Below, piece after piece: positions 24,326 to 35,899 of a DNA stretch of 64,000 bases. Within the stretch, counting starts at the first letter, position 1; every line of letters starts with the position of its first letter. The stretch covers positions 25,794 to 89,793 of the forward strand of contig NIVC01000171.1 of the NCBI GenBank assembly GCA_002269645.1, given 5' to 3'. Both the position numbers and the translations under genes were made by a program. The stretch is from Macrostomum lignano. Lineage: Eukaryota. The notes under the pieces are model-generated. The model did not search any database. It saw only the letters and a list, made by a program, of their open reading frames with translations, and was not told where the DNA came from.

Positions 24326-25620
24326 TCTGTGTATCTATAGATCTAGACACTGTTTATCTATATATCTAGACACTGTGTATCTATAGATCTAGACAGAGTG
24401 TTTTTATAAATCTAGACACTGTGTATCTATAGATCTAGTCAGAGTGTATTTATAAATCTAGACACTGTGTATCTATAGATCTAGTCAGAGTGTATTTATA
24501 AATCTAGACACTGTGTATCTATAGATCTAGACAGAGTGTATTTATAAATCTAGACACTGTGTATCTATAGATCTAGTCAGAGTGTATTTATAAATCTAGA
24601 CACTGGGTATCTATAAATCTAGACACTGTGTATCTATAGATCTAGACACTGTGTATCTATCGATCTAGACACTGTGTATCTATAGATCTAGACAGAGTGT
24701 ATTTATAAATCTAGACACTGTGTATCTATAGATCTAGTCAGAGTGTATTCATAAATCTAGACACTGGGTATCTATAAATCTAGACACTGTGTATCTATAG
24801 ATCTAGACACTGTGTATCTATCGATCTAGACACTGTGTATCTATAGATCTAGACAGAGTGTATTTATAAATCTAGACACTGTGTATCTATAGATCTAGTC
24901 AGAGTGTATTCATAAATCTAGACACTGGGTATCTATAAATCTAGACACTGTGTATCTATAGATCTAGACACTGTGTATCTATCGATCTAGACACTGTGTA
25001 TCTATAGATCTAGACGTTGTGTATCTATAGATCTAGACACTGTGTATCTATAGATCTAGACACTGTGTATCTATAGATCTAGACAGAGTGTATTTATAAA
25101 TCTAGACACTGTGTATCTATAGATCTAGTCAGAGTGTATTTATAAATCTAGACACTGGGTATCTATAAATCTAGACACTGTGTATCTATAGATCTAGACA
25201 GAGTGTATTTATAAATCTAGACACTGTGTATCTATAGATCTAGACACTGTGTATCTATAGATCTAGACACTGTGTATCTATAGATCTAGACACTGTGTAT
25301 CTATAGATCTAGACACTGTGTATCTATAGATCTAGACACTGTGTATCTATAGATCTAGACACTGTGTATCTATAGATCTAGACACTGTGTATCTATAGAT
25401 CTAGACACTGTGTATCTATAGATCTAGACACTGTGTATCTATAGATCTAGACACTGTGTATCTATAGATCTAGACACTGTGTATCTATAGATCTAGACAC
25501 TGTATATCTATATATCTAGACACCGTGTATCCATATATCCTAGATACAGTGCACCTATAGATCTAGACACAGTGTACCTATAGATCTAGACACTATGCAT
25601 CTATAGATCTAGATACACGA
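24326..25620. repeat. 23-bp quasi-palindromic satellite (ATCTAGACACTGTGTATCTATAG)n in scratch intron 2; decays to about 25800
   Basis: 23-bp period, clearest at 25200-25500. Contains overlapping palindromes TCTATAGA, TAGATCTA and TCTAGA. Confidence 0.95.
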
Positions 25621-25880
25621 TACCTGATACAGTGAATATATTTTTCTAGCCATGTATATATAGATTTAGATACTATGCATCTATAGATCTAAATATTATA
25701 GACATGTATCTATCCAGCATCTATAGATCTATACAATGTTTTTGAGCCTTAGACACGCCTTAGATCTATAGATCCATAGAAAGTGCATTCACAGATCCAG
25801 CTAGAGATAACTCTCTAGCGCTGAAATCCCTAGACATCTCCAGACGCATCTACAGACCGTCTCGAACTCTCAACCAACAG

Positions 25881-26095
25881 GCGAAAAACCTTTCGGATGT
25901 GCGCACTGCGGCCGCGCATTCGCCGACCGGTCCAACCTGCGCGCGCACATGCAGACCCACACCGGTGAGAGGCAGCACCGGTGCCACAGGTGCGGCCGGG
26001 GCTTCGCACTGCGCGCCTATCTTAGCAAGCACCTGGAGTCCCGGGCCTGCTGCAGGGGCGAGGCTGAGAAAGCGATGAAAGTTGAAACAGTGTGA
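25881..26095 (+). CDS. scrt: scratch exon 3: zinc fingers 4-5 and stop
   Basis: Acceptor AACAG|GC at 25880. Translates as (G)EKPFGCAHCGRAFADRSNLRAHMQTHTGERQHRCHRCGRGFALRAYLSKHLESRACC...ETV*, typical of Scratch. TGA at 26093-26095, followed by AATAAA at about 26181 and 26245. The joined CDS is 966 nt (321 aa). Confidence 0.93.
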
Positions 26096-26403
26096 CTTGG
26101 CAATGCCTGCTCCAAACTTACCTGCTAATCGCTATTGCAATGTACATGTATCAAGCCAAACCTGTTGTTTACTCTGGCACAATAAACTTTTGAAAAAGCC
26201 ATAGCGACTAAACTGATACGAGAGCGGCGTGCGTTTACAATTTTAATAAATTTTTTATCTGATTCATTCTCCTACACCCAATGCAACGGGGGTGCAGATA
26301 TTGTATAAGGGGGGTATATATAAGCACAAATACTTCTCATGTGGGATTGAACCTCAGAATTGAGGATTTCTGCTACTGTGGTCGTTTGTCTATGCCAAAT
26401 ATA

Positions 26404-26812
26404 CCCTCTCTCTGACTCTCCCCCTCTCTGACTCTCCCCCTCTCTGACTATCCCCCACTCTGACTCTCACCCTCTCTCTGACTCTCAACCTCTCTCTGAC
26501 TCTCAACCTCTCTCTGACTCTCACCCTCTCTGACTCACCCTCTCTCTGACTCTCACCCTCTCTCTGACTCTCACCATCTCTCTGACTCTCACCCTCTCTC
26601 TGACTTTCACCCTCTCTCTGACTCTCACCCTCTCTCTGACTCTCACCCTCTCTCTGACTCTCACCCTCTCTCTGACTCTCACCCTCTCTCCGACTCTCAC
26701 CCTCTCTCTGACTCCCACCCTGTCTCTCTGATTCTCATTATGTCATTCCCTCTTTGATTCTTACCCTCTCTAACAATTAACCTCTTTATCTGACTCTCAC
26801 TACTCTCTCTCA
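26404..26812. repeat. 18-bp CT-rich minisatellite (CTCTCTCTGACTCTCACC)n
   Basis: Direct periodicity. It is the reverse complement of the arrays at 27171-27605 and 28108-28690. Confidence 0.92.
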
Positions 26813-27170
26813 GATTTCGACAATTCAAGCCTGTAGGCCGGTGGTCCTTGTGAAGTTTCTGGCCTGCCAATTTTACTGTCCCGATTTGAGTGGTCGTCGG
26901 TTCGAGTTCCGTGACGGCGGCCGGTCACCGGACATGATGAGGGCGCCATCACACCAGGTTTAGTCCTGTCAGATCAGAGCTTGCCGCCTCGTGGAACCAG
27001 TTGGCTAGCAGTTACCCATTTTTTATGCCGGACAATGAGTGACTCAAGGTGACCTTGAGCCAAAATCTGGACTGCCATCTCCCCACAAAACCGACACATT
27101 GACAGACTACAAGGGTTATGAGGCAGAAAGGTAGCCAGAGAGCGAGAGGGTAAGACTTGGAGAGTGGGGG

Positions 27171-27605
27171 TAATCAGAGAAGGGTGAGAGTCAGAGAGAG
27201 GGTGAGAGTCAGAGAGAGGCTGAGAGTCAGAGAGAGGGTGAGAGCAGAGAGAGGGTGAGAGTCAGAGGGGGTGAGAGTCAAAGGGGGTGGGAGTCAGAGG
27301 GGGTGACAATCAGAGAGAGGGTGAGAGTCAGAGAGAGGGTGAGATTTAGAGAGGGTGACAGTCAGAGAGAGTGAGAGTCATAGAGAGGGTGAGAGTCAGA
27401 GGGGGTGAGAGTCAGAGAGAGGCTGAGAGTCAGAGAGAGGCTGAGAGTCAGAGAGAGGCTGAGAGTCAGAAGGGGTGAGAGTCAGAGTGGGTGAGAGTCA
27501 GAGAGAGGCTGAGAGTCAGAGAGAGGCTGAGAGTCAGAAGGGGTGAGAGTCAGAGGGGTGAGAGTCAGAGAGGGTGAAAGTCGGAGAGGGGTGACAGTCA
27601 GAGAC
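27171..27605. repeat. 18-bp GA-rich minisatellite (GGTGAGAGTCAGAGAGAG)n, inverted relative to 26404-26812
   Basis: The unit is the exact reverse complement of the upstream CT-rich unit. Confidence 0.92.
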
Positions 27606-28107
27606 AGTCAGCTTCAGTCTGAACTGAGCTGAGAAGACTTGGCACTCCAATCCAGATTCTGCTTCACGGCCTCCTCTACTGATCAATCTCTGCCCTCATG
27701 TTCAAATTTCACCGAATAAAAACGGAACAGAAAACAAAGTGGGGATCTTCATGGGAAATTCGATGCCAATGCCCACTGCGTACCGACTCTGATGGGGCGC
27801 GTGTTGACCCCTGTTGTTGCGCAATCGAGCAAGCAACCCATCGATCTTGGCGCAAAATCTTTTTGAGAGACGGAGCAGCTTTTTGCGTCTGAGACGGCTG
27901 GGATTGACAGCCAGATGAGCGACTGCGGTTAGACAGAGAGGCGGCCTGGGGCGAAACAAATTCTATAAAAATGAATTGAGATGCCGGTTGTGAAGACAGA
28001 AAAGGTTGATAATTCCAAGATTAAGAGCGATGGATGCGGGGGAGAGTCTGAGTGCCCTCGAGCATAAGAGGAAGGGGTGGGTGTCGAAGAGCTGAGATCA
28101 GGGTTGA

Positions 28108-28690
28108 ATTCAGTGAGAGTGGGTGAGATTCAGAGAGAGGGTGAGAGTCAGAGAGAGGGTGAGAGTCAGAGAGAGGGTGAGAATCAGAGAGAGGGTGAGA
28201 ATCAGAGGGAGGTTGAGAGTCAGAGAGAGGGTGAGAGTCAGAGCAAGGGTGAGAATCAGAGAGAGAGGGTGAGAGTCAGAGAGAGGGTGAGAGTCAGAAA
28301 GAGGGTGAGAATCAAAGAGAGGCTGAGAGTCAGAGAGAGGGTGAGAATCAGAGAGAGGGTGAGAGTCAGAGAGAAGGTGAGAGTCAGAGAGAGGCTGAGA
28401 GTCACAGAGGCTGAGAGTCAGAGAGAGAGTGAGAGTCAGAGAGAGGGTGAGAGTCAGAAAGAGGGTGAGAATCAAAGAGAGGCTGAGAGTCAGAGAGAGG
28501 GTGAGAATAAGAGAGAGGGTGATGTCAAAGAGAGGCTGAGAGTCAGAGAGAGTGTGAGAGTCACAGAGGCTGAGAGTCAGAGAAAGGGTGAGAATCAAAG
28601 AGAGGGTGAGAATCAAAGAGAGGGTGAGAGTGAAAGAGATCGAGAGAGTCAGTCAGGGGGTGAGAGTCAGAGAGTGTGAGAGTCAGACAG
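28108..28690. repeat. Second, more diverged (GGTGAGAGTCAGAGAGAG)n block
   Basis: Same 18-bp unit with substitutions. Confidence 0.9.
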
Positions 28691-31240
28691 CTGGAGAGAG
28701 CTACGTGGTAGCCAGGCAATGCACCGCAGAGCAAACCATCCTGCATCCCCAGATCGAGAGATAACCAGTCCGCATCGTTAGCCCCGTGATTTAATAATGT
28801 CTCGAACTCATAATTCTGGTCCAAGAACAGTGTTAGAAATATTCACCAATTCAGATCTCAAGTGCCGAAATCTTATATTCATACAATAGCTGCACTCACG
28901 GTATACATAGGGATTCAGCTATAGGCTGGTCCCCCCCGCAGAGACTGACCATCTGCGCATGGCTTGGATGCAGTTTACACACAGATTGGAATTGGCGGGT
29001 GCTTTGCTAACTTTTTTATAATCCCTCTGGGGTGGCCCAGAGAGAGAAGGAATCTCATTCACACGGCTTGTACACGACTGAAAACATCTCAAATTTATGG
29101 CGGCAAGGCGGCACAATTAAAACACTTTTTGAGCTTCTGACTGACGGAATGACACCGGAGGCTTGCAGGCGTCACGTGCGACAGGAGCTGCTTGCGCTTT
29201 TTTATGTAGCACCGAAACGCAGATCCATGCGGCAGAGGCGGGCCGGATAAGCTCTAAAAACACTGGAGGACAAGTCGTAAAAAAATAAGGAAAAATCAGG
29301 CAAATTTGCTCCGCCGAAAGGAGTCATGGACCTTTGGTTGGATTTCTGGAATGGAAACTGCCGAATATTGGGAGGGGCCAGCCCCCAAAGCGCAGAGAAT
29401 GTACATGCAAGCTTTTCCACTACAGAAGGCAAAATTTGGGCCAGTCCAGATGTTTTAAGTGTCCATTAAGGGACCACCTTGCCGCGACAGAAAGTTGGGG
29501 AGAGTCAGACAGCAGATGGGGCCCCTGCTGTGAGCGTGTCAACCGGTCATTACAGCGATAAAAACATTGTTGAGAGTCGTTGAGGCAGTGGTTCTCCGGC
29601 TGGGGGAGAGATTTCACTTCCCCATCCGGGGATGAGGGTAGGAAGCTGCAAATTGATGGCTAGATGGGGAGGAGGTGATGGAGAGCTTCTTAATACGGGC
29701 TTTAGAGACTCTGAGCCCAGATTCACCCAGTTCAATGCTGCTCAACCCTGCTCAACCTGTTTGACGCACAAATTAACAACTGTGTGAGACTGGCTGTCTA
29801 TGGCAAAACCTCCACAACTGCCTTCACATCTGACATCGAACAAACACCAATTAAATTAAAGTTGCACTTTAACTGATGATAAATTGAGAAGCTTCTCCGA
29901 CATCATTTCGTTCGCAACTTCTCAGAGTCTGGAGAGCTCTTCGAAAACCCTTCTGAATTGGAGGAGGTGACAAAGAGAGTTTTAAGGGGAAACAGCGGGT
30001 GGGGGGCATGGGGGACCCGTAATGAGGGCCCGGGAGACTCCAGCCACCCAGTTGTCAACCCCATAGCAACCGACTTTTTCTAGCAACTGTTGAGCACAGG
30101 GGAGGAAGCGCGAGGGATTAGATGGGGATCTATGTTAGGCCTGCAGCAGGTCTCGCGGGACCCGCCCGGCTTTATTGAAGCCTCGCCCGGAGGCGGTGTC
30201 GGCGAGGCCGGTGATTGCCGTCAGTTTCTGGGTAATAGATTTAGGAAGCTGGGACCCGGCCGCTGGGCGATGAAGCGTTGCGCCACCTCAATGCAAAAGC
30301 TGTTGCTAGGCGAGTTTGTGACAGGAAAAGTGGCTGAACGGCTGAAAGAAGATTGAAGGTGCGATAGCTGGGCTAATACGGAAACTTGTGGGTTGCCGTT
30401 GCTGCGAGGACATCTGTCGCCCAGTTAGGCTCAGGCTTAGGGGATCAGGCTCCATCAAATCCAGGTTTTGAGTCACCGCGGCTCGATTTTTTAGAGACCG
30501 GCTCAGCACGAGCAGCAGCCAAGGAGATTCAAAGAGTCTGGAGCCAACTTCAGTCGAAGGCCCTCAACTTAAGCCAAGCGATCCTGTTGCCACAGTCTTC
30601 TGTCTCCTATCTCCGTAATGTATTTTTTTTCGAAAAAAACCGCCTCTTAAAACTTTCCAAGAAACGTACTTTCCCGTCCGTCTACTTTGAGTAGTCCTTG
30701 GTTGCTGTGTTTGCGCAGCGCTGAATGAGGTTTTGCCATTGACAAATTCAGGCGAGAATGAAACACACGAGAGACAGAGGCAGCTGAAATTATGCCGATA
30801 TGTTTTGTCAATATCATCCTTTGCAATTCGAAAGTTCAGAAGTTGAAAACCAGCATCCAGAGAAATCTGCAGGAGAGGCTGCGTCCTGCTATTTTGGTAG
30901 TCCATGACTCTGGTTGGAAGTCCCTGAGCAAAAATGCCAATCGACGGGGGCGAGAAGCAGAATTTGAAGGATTAGTTGCTGAGGTGCCCTGCGGGGCCAG
31001 TTGCTCTGTGCTCCCTCATCACCGCCTGAGCAGTCGGATATTAATGCCACGTGTCAGAGCTGATGGTCCGGCGCCATTAATCAAACCCTGCATTCATTCA
31101 CAGCTCACTCGCTTCCGGGCAGCAAAGGTTTTGTATTTGTTGACGGAAATTATGAATACAAATTAATTCCAACCCAGCTAGTGCATTGGGGGGCGTCTTT
31201 CGGGGAGGGGGCCTCGTTTGATGGCGCCAGCACCCTCAAG

Positions 31241-31715
31241 CAGCACCAGAGGCGCCAGCACCAGAGGCGCCAGCACCAGAGGCGCCAGCACCAGAGGCGC
31301 CAGCACCAGAGGCGCCAGCACCAGAGGCGCCAGCACCAGAGGCGCCAGCACCAGAGGCGCCAGCACCAGAGGCGCCAGCACCAGAGGCGCCAGCACCAGA
31401 GGCGCCAGCACCAGAGGCGCCAGCACCAGAGGCGCCAGCACCAGAGGCGCCAGCACCAGAGGCGCCAGCACCAGAGGCGCCAGCACCAGAGGCGCCAGCA
31501 CCAGAGGCGCCAGCACCAGAGGCGCCAGCACCAGAGGCGCCAGCACCAGAGGCGCCAGCACCAGAGGCGCCAGCACCAGAGGCGCCAGCACCAGAGGCGC
31601 CAGCACCAGAGGCGCCAGCACCAGAGGCGCCAGCACCAGAGGCGCCAGCACCAGAGGCGCCAGCACCAGAGGCGCCAGCACCAGAGGCGCCAGCACCAGA
31701 GGCGCCAGCACCAGA
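31241..31715. repeat. Perfect 15-bp repeat (CCAGAGGCGCCAGCA)n, ~31-32 copies
   Basis: No variant unit is visible. All the ORFs over it (GASTR, RRQHQ, WCWRL, LAPLV, GAGAS) are artefacts. Confidence 0.97.
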
Positions 31716-32144
31716 AATAATTAAGTTTGCTAACTTGTAAAAACATAAAAAAAACAGCCGATAGAAATTGGTCATTCTCGCATGACTACTGTGAGTAGCA
31801 TTAACAAAAAGGTGCGATTTAGTGTTTTATATTGCACTGGTTTCAAAAATGAACCGCTGATACCCTAAGTTTGGTTAAAACGGCATTTGATTTCATCAAA
31901 CTAAACAGACAGACGCACACAACTATAAATACATGGGATAAGCCAATGAAATATGGCATACAGCACTATCTAATCAAAAGAACAATAAGTATAATGTGAC
32001 AATAAAATGTCAGTGACAAATTCAACGCTGCAAGCAAAACATGTGTTGCAAAAAGTTGCCTGTTCAAAGTTATTGTGCTTTTAAAAATAGAAAACAACAA
32101 AATTTTGTGGTAATCTAAGCATTATAAATATTTTCGTTGTTTAC

Positions 32145-32785
32145 AATGTACACTGGAGGACCGCGTGGATTGGGGTAGGGGCTGTTCTGGAGCCAATGTA
32201 CACTGGAGGACTGCGTGGATAGGGGTGGGGGCTGTTCTGGAGCCAATGTACACTGAAGGACTGCGTGGATTGGGGTGGGGCTGTTCTGGAGCCAATGTAC
32301 ACTGAAGGACTGCGTGGATTGGGGTGGGGCTGTTCTGGAGCCAATGTACACTGGAGGACTGCGTGGATTTGGGGATTGGGGTGGGGGCTGTTCTGGAGCC
32401 AATGTACACTGGAGGACTGTGTGGATTGGGGTGGGGCTGTTCTGGAGCCAATGTACACTGGAGGACTGCGTGGATTGGGGTGGGGCTGTTCTGGAGCCAA
32501 TGTACATTGGAGGACTGCGTGGATTAGGGTTGGGGCTGTTCTGCAGCCAATGTACACTGGAGGACTGCGTGGATTGGGGTGGGGCTGTTCTGGAGCCAAT
32601 GTACACTGGAGGACTGCGTGGATTGGGGTGGGGCTGTTCTGGAGCCAATGTACACTGGAGGACTGCGTGGATTGGGGTGGGGGCTGTTCTGGAGCCAATG
32701 TACACTGGAGGACTGCGTGGATTGGGGTGGGGGCTGTTCTGGAGCCAATGTACACTGAAGGACTGAGTGGATTGGGGTGGGGCTA
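32145..32785. repeat. ~49-bp G-rich minisatellite (CCAATGTACACTGGAGGACTGCGTGGATTGGGGTGGGGCTGTTCTGGAG)n, ~13 copies
   Basis: 49-bp period measured between 32401 and 32450. Some units carry G-run insertions. Confidence 0.93.
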
Positions 32786-33576
32786 CTATGGAGCAGCTAG
32801 CAGCCACCCACTTCACTGAGTAAACCACTCAGTTACACGGAGATTCAGCAGACCACAAATAATAGCCTATTTCAGTGTGACACTTATACACAGAGATCAT
32901 AGACAAATAATGCAAATAACGTACGTATTGTTTTTACAAAACTAAAACAACGATAAGCACACTGCACTACTGAAAGTAGCTTACGCACACTGCTGCACAA
33001 GCAAAGCAGAGGTTTAGAGGTAAAATTTGCTCAATACTCGTAGAAATACTTTCTTTTAAAAAGCGAGAACAAAAATTAATTTGTTTTCTTGATGTGCCGA
33101 GGTACTACTAAAATAAAGCTTAACAATAAGTAGCATAGATGCACGCGAACGCTATTATAGTAAATATCAACAATAAAAAATAGCGCTTGTAAACAAAAGT
33201 ATTTCATAAACAGCGATGAAAAGTATTAGCAAGTTTCAGTAGGATGAAACCAACAAAATATTGAAAGCTGTCGCAACAGATATCAATGAAGAAAAAGATT
33301 TACAACAAATTGCTAAATCTACAAAACTTGCAGCAGGGACAGCGCAGTCCATGAAAACTCAAGATTGCACAAATTAATTTACTTCTATTACTCAATTTAA
33401 AACTGACTGCCGACTTATTTTTTCGACTACATAATTAAACTACACTACTTACTAGCGCTGCGATCAGTAGCATAGTGAGGATAAAACTAAAAAATCAGTT
33501 AAAATATTGATTATCGAGGTTTCAAACTGTTGGGCCCCCTAAAAATACAAAAAGTTCCTGCATCATCATCAGCTAC

Positions 33577-34041
33577 TCAGCAGTTCTCTGGCAGGCTCTC
33601 AGCAGGCGGCGGCGGGGGCGCCAGTGCCGGCTCGGCCAGGCTGTGAGTGATGTCGAACAGAGACTGGTCGTCGGCAGCCAGCTGGCTCTCAAAGAAGCCG
33701 GACTCGCGCGGCGGGCAGGTGGAGGTGAAATTCTCCTCGGTGACCAGCGGCGCCTGCCGATGGCTCCTGCCGGGGCTGCCGGACTCGTCGCGGGTGTTGG
33801 ACAGGAACGGCTGCGACTCGTCCTCTGACTGGCCGAGGCGCCGGCCGCCACCGCTGCCAGCGGCCGAGTTCTTGCACATCGGCGACAGCTCGGACACGTG
33901 GGTGGTGCCGCTGCTGTTGTTGTTGCGCCGGCGGAGGCTCAGCCGCCTGAGCAGGTTTATCAGCGAGGGAATGCTGCCGCCCGAGTTTCCGCTTGACGAC
34001 TGGGGAGGGGGCAACAGGTGAGGGCTGTGCTTGACTGAGCC
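33577..34041 (-). CDS. Adhesion GPCR, probable last exon (Ser/Pro-rich intracellular tail; 5' boundary uncertain)
   Basis: GC-rich open frame (GSVKHSPHLLPPPQSSSG...LRRLSLRRR...PENC*) downstream of the 7TM exon. A phase-0 AG at 34043-34042 fits the donor at 35128, but the polypyrimidine tract is weak. Confidence 0.6.
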   Translation of the reverse strand, partial: GSVKHSPHLLPPPQSSSGNSGGSIPSLINLLRRLSLRRRNNNSSGTTHVSELSPMCKNSAAGSGGGRRLGQSEDESQPFLSNTRDESGSPGRSHRQAPLVTEENFTSTCPPRESGFFESQLAADDQSLFDITHSLAEPALAPPPPPAESLPENC

Positions 34042-34060
34042 CTGACTACCGGACCAGTAG

Positions 34061-35077
34061 CTGACACAGTCCTATCCGATCCTGACACATTCCAATCCGA
34101 TCCTGACACATTCCCATCCGATCCTGACACATTCCTATCCGATCCTGACACATTCCTATCCGATTCTGACACATTCCTATCCGATTCTGACACATTCCTA
34201 TCCGATTCTGACACAGTCCTATCCGATTCTGACACAGTCCTATTTGATCCTGACACATTCCAATCCGATCCTGACACAGTCCTATCCGATCCTGACACAT
34301 TCCAATCCGATCCTGACACATTCCTATCCGATCCTGACACATTCCTATCCGATTCTGACACATTCCTATCCGATCCTGACACATTCCTATCCGATTCTGA
34401 CACATTCCTATCCGATTCTGACACATTCCTATCCGATTCTGACACATTCCTATCCGATCCTGACACATTCATATCTGATCCTGACACATTCCAATTCGAT
34501 TCTGACACATTCCTATCCGATCCTGACACATTCCTATCCGATCCTGACACATTCCTATCCGATTCTGACACATTCCTATCCGATTCTGACACATTCCTAT
34601 CCGATTCTGACACATTCCTATCCGATCCTGACACATTCATATCTGATCCTGACACATTCCAATTCGATTCTGACACATTCCTATCCGATCCTGACACAGT
34701 CCTATCCGATTCTGACACATTCCTATCCGATCCTGACACATTCCTATCCGATTCTGACACATTCCTATCCGATTCTGACACATTCCTATCCGATCCTGAC
34801 ACAGTCTATCCGATTCTGACACATTCCTATTCGATTCTGACACATTCCTATCCAATCCTGACACATTCCTAACCGATTCTGACACATCTCTAACCGATTC
34901 TGACACATCTCTAACCGATTCTGACACATCTCTAACCGATTCTGACACATCTCTAACCGATTCTGACACATCTCTAACCGATTCTGACACATCTCTAACC
35001 GATCCTGACACATCTCTAACCGATTCTGACACATCTCTAACCGATTCTGACACATCTCTAACCGATTCTGACACATT
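34061..35077. repeat. 21-bp minisatellite (TCCTATCCGATTCTGACACAT)n with a second subtype (TCTCTAACCGATTCTGACACA) at the right end
   Basis: 21-bp period (7-aa repeats NVSESDR / VSESVRD in the ORF track). One 1-nt deletion near 34803. Confidence 0.95.
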
Positions 35078-35128
35078 TCCCTCAGAGCTGACACATGAAC
35101 TGCCACACCAGTAAGCCCCAGAGCTCAC

Positions 35129-35785
35129 CTTGGCATTCCCGGCAGAGTTCACCTTGGCCTTCCTATTCGCATTGTTGGCATTCTTTGACTGCCCCGAGCT
35201 GCCTGTGCCGCTCATCCTGGCGTGTCGCCGATTCTGCAGCCAAGCCCTGAGGCACTGCGGCGTGCACCGGCTCTGCAGCAGACACTTCTCCCAGCCGTCC
35301 CGGATCCGGTCGTGAGCGAATATTTGAGTGAAAAAGATGAAGCAGCCTTGCAGACCGTTGAGCAAAGTGAAAGCGTAGTGCAGCGCCACGAACAGGTGAG
35401 TCTGGGCAAAGTAGAACAGCAGGCCCAGCAACCAGGTCAGGCCAAGCAGGCCGGCCAGTGTCACGGACAGCTTCACCTGACGCCGAAGGTACGGCAGCAG
35501 GTCCGGCTTCGGGCAGCGGACGGCGTCGCGCTGGGTGAGCTTGACAAGCACGATGACGAAGACCAGGAGGTTGGCCAGGCACACCAGCAGCATGGGGGCC
35601 AGGAAGGCGTAGTTGGTGCCCAGCTCCTCGGACAGCCAGCACGCCTTTGGCGCCGGGGTGGCCGAGTCCGAGGCCAGGTCGGGCGACTCCAGCTGGATGA
35701 GCTGCCGGTGCCGCAGGCCGGCTGTGATGGCCACAATGACCGCTGGGGCGGCGTAGCTCAGCAGGCAGTAGTGCCAGAACTTCAC
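35129..35785 (-). CDS. Adhesion GPCR exon encoding TM4-TM7 and the proximal tail
   Basis: Acceptor CCGCCAG|GTG at 35786 (phase 0). Motifs YCLLSYAAPAVIV, CWL...YAFLAPMLLVCLAN, LLGLTWLLG and YAFTLLNGLQGCFIFF are secretin/adhesion-class 7TM signatures. Candidate donor AAG|GTGAGC at 35128. Confidence 0.9.
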
Positions 35786-35899
35786 CTGGCGGAGCCGGCA
35801 GAGTTGGACAGAAAACTTACTTATTTATTGCTGCTTTCTATACATATCGGGTGGGAGCTTGCGACTCACAGACTCAGGCTAGCCTGAGTCCCGTAGCTT

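Noticed and set aside
30090-31166. Several 70-120-aa ORFs between scratch and the aGPCR
   Set aside because: No motifs and no consistent splice-site pairs; the ORF lengths are compatible with chance.
31800-31950. ACAGACAGAC-containing stretch reminiscent of Helitron/DINE-1-type non-autonomous elements
   Set aside because: It is too short, and no subterminal inverted repeat or 3' hairpin could be identified.
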